Below are positions 28,956 to 40,300 of a stretch of 62,787 bases of DNA, piece by piece. Made by a program: the position numbers and the translations under genes. Numbering within the stretch: position 1 is the first letter of the stretch; each line of letters opens with the position of its first letter. The DNA lies in the NCBI GenBank assembly GCA_016286245.1, contig JAEESG010000003.1, positions 1 to 62,787 on the forward strand, given 5' to 3'. The DNA is from Clostridiales bacterium (GTDB taxonomy: Bacteria; Bacillota; Clostridia; Oscillospirales; CAG-382). A model generated the notes under the pieces. That model was not told the DNA's origin and did not search any database. It was given only the letters and a program-made list of their open reading frames with translations.

Positions 28956-30221
28956 TTATTTTTTTGCTTCCAGCGCTCTTTTGCCTATGTCTTTTCTGTA
29001 GTACGCGTTTGCAAAATGAATTTTTTCCACGGCTTTATACGATTCCTCAATCGCCTTTTCAAGCGTTTCGCACACCGACGCAACACCGAGCACTCTGCCG
29101 CCGTTTGTATAAAGTTTTCCGTCCTTTTGCTTTGCTCCCGCGACGTACACTCTGTCGGAAAGTTCGTCGGGAATATCTATTTCAAAGCCCTTTTGGTAGC
29201 TCTGCGGATAGCCGTCTGACGCCATTATCACGCAGCAGGCGCTTGCGTCCTTGAACTTAACCTCGGTATTTTCAAGGTTTCCGTCCGTTACGGCCCTCAT
29301 CACCTCAAAAAGATCGCTTTCCAGCAGCGGAAGCACCACCTGAGTTTCGGGGTCTCCGAAACGGCAGTTGTATTCGATTACCTTCGGACCGTCTTTCGTT
29401 ATCATAAGTCCGAAATACAGACAGCCCTTGAAGGTGCGTCCCTCTTTATTCATCGCGTCTACCGTCGGAAGAAAGATTTCCTTCATGCATACGTCTGCGA
29501 TTTCCTTTGTATAATACGGGTTGGGCGCTATCGTTCCCATACCGCCCGTATTGAGTCCCGTATCTCCGTCGTGCGCCCTTTTATGGTCCATGGACGACAC
29601 CATGGGTTTTACCGTTTTTCCGTCGGTAAAGGCGAGCACCGACACCTCGGGACCCGAAAGGAATTCCTCGATGACTATGCGCTCTCCGCTTTTGCCGAAT
29701 TTCTTATCCCTCATCATTTCACAAACGGCTTTTTTCGCTTCTTCAAGCGTTTCCGCAATAACCACGCCCTTTCCGAGCGCAAGGCCGTCCGCCTTTATTA
29801 CCGCAGGCATCGGCGCGCTTTCGAGATATTCAAGCGCCGCTTCAATATTATCGAACGTTTCGTATTTTGCCGTGGGGATTCCGTATTTTTTCATGAGATT
29901 TTTCGAAAAAACCTTGCTTCCCTCGATTATTGCCGCTTTTTTCTCGGGTCCGAAGCATGCGATTCCGGCGCTTTGCAGTTCGTCAACGCAGCCCGCGACA
30001 AGCGGGTCGTCGGGTGCGACGACCGCGTATTCTATTTTATTTTCTATCGCGAATTTTTTTATTTTTTCGATTTCCGTCGCGCCTATGTCGACGCAAACCG
30101 CGTCCTTTGCAATTCCGCCGTTTCCGGGAAGCGCGTAAATCTTTCCGATTTCACGGCTTTCTTTTAATTTCTTGATTATCGCGTGTTCGCGTCCGCCGCC
30201 GCCTACTACCAGAACGTCCAT
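28956..30221 (-). CDS. purD: phosphoribosylamine--glycine ligase
   Basis: GGGGREHA, KADGLALGKGV, NTGGMG, EYNCRFGDPE. Confidence 0.97.
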   Translation of the reverse strand: MDVLVVGGGGREHAIIKKLKESREIGKIYALPGNGGIAKDAVCVDIGATEIEKIKKFAIENKIEYAVVAPDDPLVAGCVDELQSAGIACFGPEKKAAIIEGSKVFSKNLMKKYGIPTAKYETFDNIEAALEYLESAPMPAVIKADGLALGKGVVIAETLEEAKKAVCEMMRDKKFGKSGERIVIEEFLSGPEVSVLAFTDGKTVKPMVSSMDHKRAHDGDTGLNTGGMGTIAPNPYYTKEIADVCMKEIFLPTVDAMNKEGRTFKGCLYFGLMITKDGPKVIEYNCRFGDPETQVVLPLLESDLFEVMRAVTDGNLENTEVKFKDASACCVIMASDGYPQSYQKGFEIDIPDELSDRVYVAGAKQKDGKLYTNGGRVLGVASVCETLEKAIEESYKAVEKIHFANAYYRKDIGKRALEAKK

Positions 30222-30240
30222 TTTTATTCCCCGCTTTATT

Positions 30241-31425
30241 TTAATGATGGAAAAGTCTCATTCCCGTAAACGCCATCGCAATACCGTATTTGTTGCAGCA
30301 TTCGATAACCAGGTCGTCTCTTATCGAGCCGCCGGGTTCCGCGATATATTTTACGCCGCTTCTCTTTGCTCTTTCGATATTGTCGTCAAACGGGAAGAAC
30401 GCGTCGGAGCCCAGAGATACTCCGTCTATCGAAGAAAGATATTCTTTCTTTTCGCTTTCCGTAAGCGGCTCGGGCTGAGTCTTGAAATATTTCTGCCAGT
30501 TGCCGTTCTCGCACACGTCTTCCTCATTATTGTTTATATATCCGTCTATTACGTTATCCCTCTCGGGTCTGCCGAGCTCATCGAGGAACGGAAGAGACAG
30601 CACCTTATCGTGCTGGCGTAAGAACCACGTGTCCGCTTTTGAGCCCGCAAGTCTTGTGCAGTGAATTCTCGACTGCTGTCCCGCGCCCACGCCGATTGCC
30701 TGTCCGTCGTATGCGAAACAAACCGAGTTGGACTGGGTGTATTTAAGCGTGATGAGCGAAATAATGAGGTCGCGTACCGCGCTTTCGGGGAGATTTTTAT
30801 TTGCGGTTACGACGTTCGACAAAAGTTCTTTATTTATTTTGAAATTATTTCTTCCCTGCTCGAACGTGATTCCGAACACCTCTTTATGTTCCTTTTCTTC
30901 GGGCACGTAGTTTTCGTCGATTTTTACGATATTGTACGCGCCTTTTCTCTTGGATTTGAGGATTTCAAGCGCTTCGGGCTCGTATCCGGGAGCGATTATT
31001 CCGTCGGAAACCTCTCTTTTTATGAGGCGCGCCGTTGCGACGTCGCACACGTCCGAAAGCGCAACCCAGTCGCCGAAGGAGCACATACGGTCGGTACCCC
31101 TTGCTCTCGTGTAGGCGCATGCGAGAGGTGAAGCGTCAATGCCGTCCTTTTCATCTATAAAGCACGCCTTTTTGAGCTTTTCGGGAAGCGGTATTCCGAC
31201 TGCCGCCGACGTCGGGCTTACGTGCTTGAAGGACGTTACGGCGGGAAGTCCCGTCGCTTCTTTAAGCTCCTTTACGAGCTGCCACGAATTGAACGCGTCG
31301 AGAAAGTTTATATATCCGGGTTTTCCGTTAAGTATTTCTATCGGAAGGTCGCTTCCGTTTCCCATATATATTTTTGCGGGCTTCTGATTCGGGTTGCATC
31401 CGTATTTGAGTTCAAATTCTTTCAT
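30241..31425 (-). CDS. purH: AICAR formyltransferase (PurH transformylase domain only)
   Basis: Begins at LKYGCNPNQ; SFKHVSP, GAGQQSR, SDAFFPF, PGGSIRD; lacks the N-terminal IMP cyclohydrolase domain. Confidence 0.92.
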   Translation of the reverse strand: MKEFELKYGCNPNQKPAKIYMGNGSDLPIEILNGKPGYINFLDAFNSWQLVKELKEATGLPAVTSFKHVSPTSAAVGIPLPEKLKKACFIDEKDGIDASPLACAYTRARGTDRMCSFGDWVALSDVCDVATARLIKREVSDGIIAPGYEPEALEILKSKRKGAYNIVKIDENYVPEEKEHKEVFGITFEQGRNNFKINKELLSNVVTANKNLPESAVRDLIISLITLKYTQSNSVCFAYDGQAIGVGAGQQSRIHCTRLAGSKADTWFLRQHDKVLSLPFLDELGRPERDNVIDGYINNNEEDVCENGNWQKYFKTQPEPLTESEKKEYLSSIDGVSLGSDAFFPFDDNIERAKRSGVKYIAEPGGSIRDDLVIECCNKYGIAMAFTGMRLFHH

Positions 31426-31438
31426 TTTCCGTTCTCCT

Positions 31439-32158
31439 CTATGCGTTTTTATTTATTATTCTTATTTGTTCTTCTTTTGTCTTTATATCGGTATAGCTTA
31501 CGAACAGCGAGATTTTATTGTTTTCGTCGAGAGAATTCCATATTTTATCCGCAAACTCGTCTATGCCGTCGGGAATTTCCACCCTCTCGGGTTCTCCGGT
31601 AAACGTCGGGATGGGGTTTCCGTCGCAGTTATAGGTATGTATGAAATGTCCGAGTCCCGCAAGCGGCGGATATGAAAAAGTAAATCTTGCGCATGCGCTT
31701 CCGTTTTCGTCGGCGCTTTTGAGGATGCTCATCTCATAGTTGAAATCGCCGTTTTCAAACGTTATTTCGGCGCTTATTCTCGGTGTGAAATTTGGAGAAT
31801 CCGGTTCAAACTCGCGTGTTTTAAGCGATTCGTAAAAGTTTTTGCCGCATTTGTGTCCTTCATATATTGTATCGGTCTGGTTGCCGTTGGTTACGATAAT
31901 TTTATTCTCATATTTTCTGAGCGCCGCGTAAATAATCAAGCTCGGGTCCTTTACCTTTGATTCGTCGAACGGCTCGGTATACAAAACGCCGTCTTTGAGC
32001 GAAAAAATTCTGTTTCTGCTGTTTTCGCTTCTTCCCATTATGAAATAAGCGGCAACCGCGTTTTTTCCGTCCTTCGTTTTTCCGACGACAATTCCTCTGC
32101 CTACGTACGAATTGCCTTTTACAAGCTCCTCAAAATCGTTTATTTTATAAATACTCAT
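31439..32158 (-). CDS. stand-alone IMP cyclohydrolase (PurO-like)
   Basis: YVGRGI, YFIMGRS.NSRNR, TNG.QTD, TPRIS; adjacent to the IMPCH-less PurH. Confidence 0.85.
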   Translation of the reverse strand: MSIYKINDFEELVKGNSYVGRGIVVGKTKDGKNAVAAYFIMGRSENSRNRIFSLKDGVLYTEPFDESKVKDPSLIIYAALRKYENKIIVTNGNQTDTIYEGHKCGKNFYESLKTREFEPDSPNFTPRISAEITFENGDFNYEMSILKSADENGSACARFTFSYPPLAGLGHFIHTYNCDGNPIPTFTGEPERVEIPDGIDEFADKIWNSLDENNKISLFVSYTDIKTKEEQIRIINKNA

Positions 32159-32778
32159 TGTTTTCCTCCGTTTTCCGTCATTTCCTTTGCAATTTTTTCA
32201 ACCGACAGCGGAAGTATCTTCCATTCCGCCTGTTTCATTACCCTTTTCTGCAGTTTTTCGGGCGTGTCGGACTCATATACCTTTACCGCCTTCTGCATAA
32301 TTATTTCCCCGCCGTCGGGAATCTCGTTCACGAAGTGCGTCGTCGCGCCCGTAACCTTTACTCCCTTTTTCAGCGCCTCCTCGTGCACTTTAAGTCCGTA
32401 ATATCCCTTTCCGCAAAACGACGGTATGAGCGAGGGGTGGACGTTTATTATGCGGCGGCCGTATTTTTTCGTGAATTTTTCGCTCAAAATCGACAAAAAG
32501 CCTGCGAGAACTATCAAGTCTATATTATTTTCTTCAAGCGTCTTTATCATCGCTTTTTCGGCGTTCTCGGCGGTCTTATATTCGTCTTTCGTTATCACCG
32601 CCGTCTTTATTTTCGCGTTTTTCGCACGTGTCAGCGCGTACGCGTCGGGCTTATTTGAAATAACAAGCTTTATTTTCGCGCTTTTTATTATTCCGCTCTT
32701 CTGTGCGTCGATAAGCGCCTGAAGATTCGTTCCTCCGCCCGAAACCAGCACCGCGGCGTTTATTTTTTTCTTACTCAT
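32155..32778 (-). CDS. purN: phosphoribosylglycinamide formyltransferase
   Basis: SGGGTNLQA, LAGF, INVHPSL, GATTHFV..DGGEII. Confidence 0.96.
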   Translation of the reverse strand: MSKKKINAAVLVSGGGTNLQALIDAQKSGIIKSAKIKLVISNKPDAYALTRAKNAKIKTAVITKDEYKTAENAEKAMIKTLEENNIDLIVLAGFLSILSEKFTKKYGRRIINVHPSLIPSFCGKGYYGLKVHEEALKKGVKVTGATTHFVNEIPDGGEIIMQKAVKVYESDTPEKLQKRVMKQAEWKILPLSVEKIAKEMTENGGKQ

Positions 32779-33376
32779 CTTTTTTCCACGCTCCGCCAAG
32801 CAGCGGCAAAAGCATTCCTCCCAAAGAATTTCCCGCGATTACCGCAAGCATGAAATATACAACCTTTACGTCGAAAATTCCCGACGCACCGAAATAGAAC
32901 ATATCGGCAATCGAGTGCTCAAAGCCCGCAAGTATGAATACCGGCACGCAGAACAGTATTGCGACCACCGTATTCTTTTCCTTATAGATGCTTACCGCAA
33001 GATACATGAGTATTCCGCAGAAAAACGCCCTTATAAGCGTGCTTATTATCTGCTGTTCGAGTTTTGATGCGCAAAGCACGCCTGCCGTCTCGCCCATCGC
33101 GGGAATCGCAAACCGCAGAAGCATTCCCAAAAGAAACGTTGCAAGAAGGTTGCCGAAAAGACAGATTACAAGGTTTTTTACGTTTTTTGCGGTATGGTCT
33201 TTCACAAAATATCCTATTCTTCCCGTAAACAGCGCGTATCCCTTATAGCATATACAGAGCAGCGCCACCGAGAAGAACACGGCTCCCATATATCTGTTAT
33301 CGCACGCCAGAAAAACCGCGCCGCCGATGGTTATCAGCACGCCTGCGCTGATGCTTTCCAAAAAAGTCTTCATCAC
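32771..33376 (-). CDS. formate/nitrite transporter family protein (short form)
   Basis: Hydrophobic protein with LFTG, GNLL and GFEHSIADM motifs; overlaps purM and purN. Confidence 0.85.
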   Translation of the reverse strand: MMKTFLESISAGVLITIGGAVFLACDNRYMGAVFFSVALLCICYKGYALFTGRIGYFVKDHTAKNVKNLVICLFGNLLATFLLGMLLRFAIPAMGETAGVLCASKLEQQIISTLIRAFFCGILMYLAVSIYKEKNTVVAILFCVPVFILAGFEHSIADMFYFGASGIFDVKVVYFMLAVIAGNSLGGMLLPLLGGAWKKDE

Positions 33377-34416
33377 ACCACCAGAACCTTTTCTTCATTT
33401 TTTATTATTTTTCCTATCGTATAAGCGTCTTCGCCGAAAGAGCGAAGCACATCCAGCGCCTCTTTTTCATCTTTTTCCGGCACGACGACGGTCATTCCGA
33501 CTCCCATATTGAAGGTGTTGAACATATCTCTCTCGGAAATACCGCCTTTTTTTGCGATGAGGTCGAAAATCGGGAGGATTTTTATCTTATCCTTCTCTAT
33601 TCTTGCGCAAAGTCCGTCGGGTATGCTTCTCGGGACGTTTTCGTAAAATCCGCCGCCCGTTATATGCGAAATTCCCTTTACTTTTACCTTTTTCTGCAGT
33701 GCAAGCACGGGTTTTACGTATATTTTCGTAGGCGCAAGGAGCGTTTCTCCGAGTGTTTTTCCGCAAAGTTCGTCGTATTTTTCATTCAGATCCGCGTTTT
33801 CGACGTCGAAAACCTTTCTGACGAGCGAAAAGCCGTTTGAATGCACGCCGCTTGACGCAAGCGCGATGATGACATCTCCCTCTTCCATTTCCTTATTATC
33901 GATTATCTTTTTCTTATCCGCGATTCCCACGCAAAAGCCTGCAAGGTCGTATTCGTTTTCGGGATAAAAGCCCGGCATTTCCGCCGTCTCGCCGCCGATA
34001 AGCGCCGCTCCCGACTGAACGCAGCCCTCGCACACGCCGCTTACGATTTTTTCGATTTTTTCCGGAAAATTCTTTCCGCACGCTATATAATCGAGGAAGA
34101 AAAGCGGTTTTGCACCGCAGCATATAACGTCGTTTACGCACATGGCTACGCAGTCGATTCCGACCGTGTCGTGCTTATCGAGCAAAAACGCGAGTTTAAG
34201 CTTTGTTCCGACGCCGTCTGTTCCGCTTACGAGCACCGGCTGCTCCATACCTTCAAAATCCGGCTCAAAAAGACCTCCGAAGCCTCCCACGTCGGAGCAA
34301 ACGCCGTTTGTTTTCGTCCTTGCGATATGTTTTTTCATGAGCTCCACCGCTTTATATCCCGCGGTTATATCAACTCCCGCCGACGCGTAAATATCGGATT
34401 TTGAGTTCTCAATCAT
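33373..34416 (-). CDS. purM: phosphoribosylformylglycinamidine cyclo-ligase
   Basis: [38 protein letters not shown]; start at MIENSK. Confidence 0.97.
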   Translation of the reverse strand: MIENSKSDIYASAGVDITAGYKAVELMKKHIARTKTNGVCSDVGGFGGLFEPDFEGMEQPVLVSGTDGVGTKLKLAFLLDKHDTVGIDCVAMCVNDVICCGAKPLFFLDYIACGKNFPEKIEKIVSGVCEGCVQSGAALIGGETAEMPGFYPENEYDLAGFCVGIADKKKIIDNKEMEEGDVIIALASSGVHSNGFSLVRKVFDVENADLNEKYDELCGKTLGETLLAPTKIYVKPVLALQKKVKVKGISHITGGGFYENVPRSIPDGLCARIEKDKIKILPIFDLIAKKGGISERDMFNTFNMGVGMTVVVPEKDEKEALDVLRSFGEDAYTIGKIIKNEEKVLVV

Positions 34417-34417
34417 C

Positions 34418-35845
34418 TTAATCTTCCTTTCCGGTCCAGCAATACGTACAAATCTTTGAAGTATCAAGTCCTATCGCTTCAGAGAGTCCCTCTACCGTCT
34501 GATATTCGAGCGACGCGAGGTGAAGCTCTTCGCATATCGTTTCTCTCAGTTTCTTTCCGCGCTCCGTCGTCGGGTCGCTGTATTCGTCGAGGTGTTTGAA
34601 TCCATTTTCGCCTTCAAGTTTCAAAATCGTGGCTCTCGTTATGAGCTCGTTATCGCTCGTAGCCCTCGAAAAATTCAAAAATTTACATCCGTACATTATC
34701 GGCGGGCAGGCTGAGCGCATATGCACCTTTTTTGCTCCGCTTTCGTACAGGAATTCGACCGTTTCTCTCAGCTGTGTGCCCCTTACTATCGAGTCGTCGA
34801 CAAAAAGCAGTTCTTTATCCTTTATGAGTTCGTCGACGGGTATCTGTTTCATTTTCGCGATTCTGTTGCGTTCCTTCTGATTTGCCGGCATAAAGCTTCT
34901 CGGCCACGTCGGTGTATATTTTATGAACGGTCTTGCAAACGGCAGTTTACTTCCGTTTGCGTATCCTATCGCGTGCGGAGTTCCCGAATCGGGCACGCCC
35001 GCAACGCAGTCCGCCTGCGGCAGTTTTCCCGATTTTATGTCGTTTTTCGCCATGATTTCTCCGTTGCGGTATCTCATGAGTTCAACGTTTACGCCTTCGT
35101 ACGTCGACGTCGGAAATCCGTAATACGACCACAAAAACGAGCATATCCTCATTTTTTCCTTTCCTTTTTTAAGGACGGTCATGTTTTCCGCGCCGATTTC
35201 GACTATTTCCCCGGGTTTCAGCTCGTATGCGTTTTTATATCCGAGTTTCTCATACGCGAAATGTTCGAACGAAACGCACATTCCCTTTTTACTCTTTCCA
35301 ACGTGTACCGGCAGTCTTCCGGCAAGGTCTCTTGCCGCGATTATGGTATTTTTTTCGGTAAGTACAAGTATTACCGCCGTGCCGTCAATGCGCTCCTGTG
35401 CGTATCTTATACCCTGCGCAAACGTCTTTTTTCGGTTGATAAGCGCCGCAAGCAGTTCCGTGGAGTTTACTCCGCCTCTCGTCATTGCGGTAAGCTGTCC
35501 CGCGCCTTCATTTATATATTCCTTTATAAGCTCCTCGGCGTTATTTATCACGCCGACCATACATATCGCGTATCTTCCGAGGTTTGAACGCATGAGCAGC
35601 GGCTGCGGGTCGCTGTCGTTTATACAGCCTATCGCCGCACTTCCCTTCATCTGCTCCAAAATTCCCTCGAACTTCGTTCTGAACGGAGAGTTTCCTATAT
35701 TATGTATCTTTCTCTGCAGTCCGATACTGCTTTCAAACGCCGCCATTCCCGCGCTTTTCGTTCCGAGATGCGAATGGTAGTCGGTTCCGAAAAACACGTC
35801 TGACAAAACGTCCGTTTTGCCTACAACGCCAAAAAATCCTCCCAT
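34418..35845 (-). CDS. purF: amidophosphoribosyltransferase (N-terminal Cys absent)
   Basis: [19 protein letters not shown] loop, RSACPP, CTYCW; N-terminus is MGGFFG. Confidence 0.92.
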   Translation of the reverse strand: MGGFFGVVGKTDVLSDVFFGTDYHSHLGTKSAGMAAFESSIGLQRKIHNIGNSPFRTKFEGILEQMKGSAAIGCINDSDPQPLLMRSNLGRYAICMVGVINNAEELIKEYINEGAGQLTAMTRGGVNSTELLAALINRKKTFAQGIRYAQERIDGTAVILVLTEKNTIIAARDLAGRLPVHVGKSKKGMCVSFEHFAYEKLGYKNAYELKPGEIVEIGAENMTVLKKGKEKMRICSFLWSYYGFPTSTYEGVNVELMRYRNGEIMAKNDIKSGKLPQADCVAGVPDSGTPHAIGYANGSKLPFARPFIKYTPTWPRSFMPANQKERNRIAKMKQIPVDELIKDKELLFVDDSIVRGTQLRETVEFLYESGAKKVHMRSACPPIMYGCKFLNFSRATSDNELITRATILKLEGENGFKHLDEYSDPTTERGKKLRETICEELHLASLEYQTVEGLSEAIGLDTSKICTYCWTGKED

Positions 35846-35857
35846 GACAAGTCTCCT

Positions 35858-36544
35858 TTAATTTTTTTCAAAGAAAAGCTTTGAAAGCGTCATGGGATCT
35901 ATATATTTTCCGTCCTTATAAACGCGCATATTTCCCGATGCGATTTCGTCGATGAGCATTACTTCGCCGCAAGCGTCGTATCCGAACTCGAACTTTATAT
36001 CGTAAAGGTCAAGTCCCTTTGCTTTTAAATCGTCGGCAACTATTTTCGTTATTTTGCGCGTCATTTCCTTTATATCGTCGTACTGCTTTTCGGTCATTAC
36101 TCCGAGCATAACGAGTCCGTCCTTTGTTACGAGGGGATCGCCCTTTTCGTCGTTCTTGAACGTCATCTCAACGTATGCGTCGAGATCCTGTCCTTCGGTT
36201 ACGTAATCGCTGTAACGTCTGAAAAAGCTGCCTACCGCTTTATAACGGCATATTACTTCAAGCCCTTTTCCGAAAACCTTTGCGGGAAGAACTTCCATGG
36301 TGGTATCGTCAAAATTTGCGTTTACAAAATGCGTCTTTATTCCCGACGCGTTTATTTTTTCAAAGAAATATACCGACATACGAAGATTTACGTCGCCGAC
36401 GCCCTCGATAGTAAGGCCTATCGAATTTTCTCCGGGATCAAACACGCCGTCTTTTCCCGTGCAGTCGTCCTTGAACTTCAAAAGGTAATTTCCGTTGTCG
36501 AGTGCGAATACGTTTTTTGTCTTTCCTGTGTAAACGAGTTTCAT
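35858..36544 (-). CDS. purC: SAICAR synthetase
   Basis: [33 protein letters not shown]. Confidence 0.93.
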   Translation of the reverse strand: MKLVYTGKTKNVFALDNGNYLLKFKDDCTGKDGVFDPGENSIGLTIEGVGDVNLRMSVYFFEKINASGIKTHFVNANFDDTTMEVLPAKVFGKGLEVICRYKAVGSFFRRYSDYVTEGQDLDAYVEMTFKNDEKGDPLVTKDGLVMLGVMTEKQYDDIKEMTRKITKIVADDLKAKGLDLYDIKFEFGYDACGEVMLIDEIASGNMRVYKDGKYIDPMTLSKLFFEKN

Positions 36545-36570
36545 AAAAGTTTTCCTCCCAAAAATTTATA

Positions 36571-37062
36571 TTATTTATTATTTTCCGATATTTTTTTATC
36601 TTTTTCCAGAACTTTTTCCCTGTCTTTTGCGCGCTGTTCCTTTAATTTATTTTTGAGTCCCTCGTCGCTTATCGAAAGCATCTGTACAGCAAGAATCGCG
36701 GCATTTGTGCCTCCGTTTATGGCAACTGTCGCTACGGGTACTCCGGACGGCATCTGAACGACCGATAAAAGCGCGTCCATTCCGTCGAGCGACGCCGATT
36801 TACACGGTATTCCTATTACGGGAAGAACAGTATTCGCGGCGATAACACCCGCAAGGTGCGCCGCCATGCCTGCCGCCGCAATAATTACGCCGAAACCGTT
36901 TTCCTCGGCGTGAATTGCAAAATCCGTCGCCTCACACGGTGTTCTGTGTGCGGAATATACGTGCATTTCATATTCAACTCCGAAATTTTCAAGCGTTTGC
37001 GCCGCTTTTTCAACGATCGGAAGGTCGCTGTCGCTTCCCATGATTATTGCAACTTTTTTCAT
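36571..37062 (-). CDS. purE: N5-CAIR mutase / AIR carboxylase
   Basis: IMGSDSD, SAHRTP, AGMAAHLAG, QMPSGVPVATV. Confidence 0.97.
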   Translation of the reverse strand: MKKVAIIMGSDSDLPIVEKAAQTLENFGVEYEMHVYSAHRTPCEATDFAIHAEENGFGVIIAAAGMAAHLAGVIAANTVLPVIGIPCKSASLDGMDALLSVVQMPSGVPVATVAINGGTNAAILAVQMLSISDEGLKNKLKEQRAKDREKVLEKDKKISENNK

Positions 37063-37086
37063 ATCGATTCTCCTTTTGAAATTAAT

Positions 37087-37207
37087 AAAAAAAGAGCATA
37101 ACAGAGCCCGAAAACTGCTCTGTTATGCCCAGACGGTCGGCATTAAGAATCATTTTAATCTTTGCTCCCCAGCAGTGCTCTGCATTTCTCCGTCAGTAAC
37201 AAAGATT
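37087..37207 (-). ncRNA. ZMP/ZTP riboswitch (pfl motif) with expression-platform terminator
   Basis: Minus strand P1 AATCTTTGTT/AGCAAAGATT, ACTGACGGA junction, 3' GCCGACCGTCTGGGC hairpin, overlapping terminator GCATAACAGAGC/GCTCTGTTATGC-U tract; directly upstream of purE. Confidence 0.93.
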
Positions 37208-37323
37208 ATAATTTATTTTAGCATTATTCCGTCAAAAAGTCAACCGATTTACACCTGTTTTTACATTTTTTCCTTTTTGTTTATATATCGGTAAATTTTT
37301 ACGTTTTTTTGCACGTTTTTTAC

Positions 37324-37352
37324 AAAAAAGGACCGGGCTTTTCGCCCGGTCC
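37324..37352 (-). terminator. terminator of the first SLH gene
   Basis: GGACCGGGC/GCCCGGTCC stem with U tract. Confidence 0.8.
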
Positions 37353-37369
37353 CTGATTTTATTTGATTA

Positions 37370-40300
37370 TCAGTCCCACTTATCTTCGTTTGCTTCAACG
37401 TCGAGGAAATCATAAGGTTCGTCGCCGTTTACAACTACGATGATGTTGTCGATTACGGGATATTCATCCTTCGACTTCTTTTCGTGCGTGAAGAATACCT
37501 TTACGTACTTGCCCTTTTCGGTCGAGTAGGAATCCTCGTCCTTTTCGGCGTACTGCTCGTTGAATGCGAGTACGTTTTCGCCTGCTTCCTTGATATCTTC
37601 AAGCGTTACCTTCGAAATCTCAGCCGTCGTGATGTCTTCCTTATCGGCAAACTTGAGAATAGCTATGTTTGCGTCGCTTGCAACTTCAAATACGTCATAT
37701 ACGTATCCTTCATAGTAGAAGTAGGTCGTATCTGCGTCGTTTACGGGCATCGTTTCAAGAAGCGTTTCGTCGCCGTCGAATATTACGTCCTTTACGAACG
37801 CCATATACTTATTCGTTGCGGGAGATACGGTATTTACGTTATCAACGTCGATCTTCTTATCGTCGATTGCGCCGCTTGCGTCAAGTTTTACGACTGCTCC
37901 GCCGGGAACGGGGTTCGAAAGCGATTTTGCGTCTTTCGTCGTCTTTGTTCCGAGGACGCCCTCAACAACCGTACCGGTTGCAAGGTCAAATACGTCGTAT
38001 GCGTAAGCGAACTTTTCTTCGCTGAGCATCTTGGGCGTGCTGGACTTAACTACAACGTACGAGGATGCAACTGCAGCTGCGTTTGCAAATACTACGTGGT
38101 CGTCTTCAACCTCAGCGTAGAGGAATGCGAGTCTTGCCTGAGTCTTGCTGTCGCCGATGTTTTCGTAAACGTACTGAACGTTTCCGAGTACCGAGTCAAT
38201 CGTGCCCGGGAAGTCGGCGCCGGTATAAGTTTCAAGTTTCGAGGTCATTTCGCCGTCCGTGCCTTCATAGATGCATCTGAACATGAATTCGGTCTTATCG
38301 TCGATTATAACGTCGTTGAACCAGTGCGAAGACTGCGGCGAAGTACCGTCGGTACCGAACATCGAGTATCTGTCGTCAGCTGCGTCAACAAGCGCGTATT
38401 TCTTTCCTGTACGCTTCTTGAAGATTACCTTCTGGTCGTTGCCCTTTTCACCGAGGTCATATGCTGCCTGGCGGGTTCTCGTCGTATCAAAGAACATATC
38501 CGGAAGCAGATAGCTTATGTGCTTGATGTTTCCGTTCTTTGCCTGTTCGTGGAACATGCTCTTCAAGATATACTTATCGTCGTCGTCGTAATCGTACTTA
38601 CACGGTTTGCCGTAATATGCGTAGTACGTCTTACCGTTTTCTTCCGTTACCGTTACGTCGAATCTGTACGTTCCGTTAACCGTCTTTGTGGGTTTCGGAT
38701 AGCATTCGTCAACGCTTACGGGTACGTACGTTTCTTCGCCGTCCATAAGAACTTTAAGATACTGGTCGTATCTGTTGGTTCTCGTGTTGAACGAGGAGAT
38801 CGTTTCTTCTTCAAGCGGAATGATTATATCGTCCGCGTTTGCGAATTTCGAATTGTTCTCGATTAATTCATAATATACAACCTTGCCGTTCAGCGAGTAA
38901 ACTATAGCCGCCTTATTGAGGTTGCCGTAGTCAAGGATTGACGTTGCAAGATTGGATGATGCATAGAAGTTCGTAAATGCTCTGTCGAGCTGGAGAGCCG
39001 AGATCTGCGTCGAGTTACCTATTCTTACATAATAGCTCTGCATCTTACCCGAAATATAGGTGATCGTGCCGTAATATGCAGCTGCAACGCTCTGAACTTC
39101 AATGAAGTTTGCTTTCTGGTTGATGTATGCTGCAACGAAGTCGCCGTCGTTATATGCAACGCCGTATACGTTTGCGCCGTTCGTATAAATTACGGGGAGG
39201 TTCTGGAATGCGTCGGGGTTGGAAGGAGTAATAACAACCGGCTTATTTTCTCTGTATTCTGTGAACTTCGAGAAGTTATAATCCTTGCTTGCTACTATCT
39301 TACCTACAGTTGCGGGTCTGAACCAAACGTATTCTATTCTTCCGTCGCCGTCGTTATCGTATGCGTCTATCTTGAAAATACCGCCGTAGTAAATAGCTCT
39401 GAATGCGTTGAGGAATGCACTGTCGCCGTCAGGTGTGCCTGTTTCTTCATTGCTCTGCCATTTATCGTTTACTATATAGAATGAATACAGACCTGCCGCT
39501 TTATCAAGGCAAAGCATATCGATTCTCTTTGCGTTATCTGCGTTTCTTGCTTCATAATCGCTTACGCCTTCTATGTGCTTGGGCGTAAAGTACGAGTACG
39601 GAGCGTCGTAGAAGTAACATGTCTGACCGGATACCGTCAGCGCGCCCGTTGCTCTCGGGAATTCGCTGTTGCCTTCATAATATTTTCTGCTCCATCTGCC
39701 AAGCTTTGCGCTGTTGTTGGAGTACATTATCATCTTGCATTCCGCAAGAAGTATTTCTTCAACCTTATTATCTTTTTCGTTATATTTGCAGAATACTTTT
39801 ACTTCCGCCATGATATACGAGTCAGCGTCGCCTTCGAGTCCGAGTTCGGCGGTTGTCGTATAGAAGCCGGGAATCTTGTCGCCTTCTTTTGCTGCGAGGA
39901 ACACGGTTCCTTCTCCGTTTGCATCTTCCGTAGGCTTGAATTCCGTGCTTTCTTCGCTATCGTTAAATGCGTAATGAGTCGTTTCTCTTATCACAAACGT
40001 CTGCTCTTCGACTTCATAAATCTTTTCGCAGAGAGTCTTGTTCGCTTCTTCGCTCATAAGCGTCCATTTTCCGTTCGAAAGACGATAAGGTGTTTCTTTG
40101 AGTTCCTTTTCGTTCAGTTCGGCGTAGAACGCGTTATAGAGGATTATTGCGATATCGCCTCTCGTAAGTTCCGATTCATAGTCTTCCATCAAGCTTGCGG
40201 GAAGTCCCTTATTGAGATTTACTCCCTTGCTTTCGGCAATCGTTATGTAATCGAAAGGATATGAAAGAACGGCGTCCTTTTCATAGCCGAGAGCTCTGAC

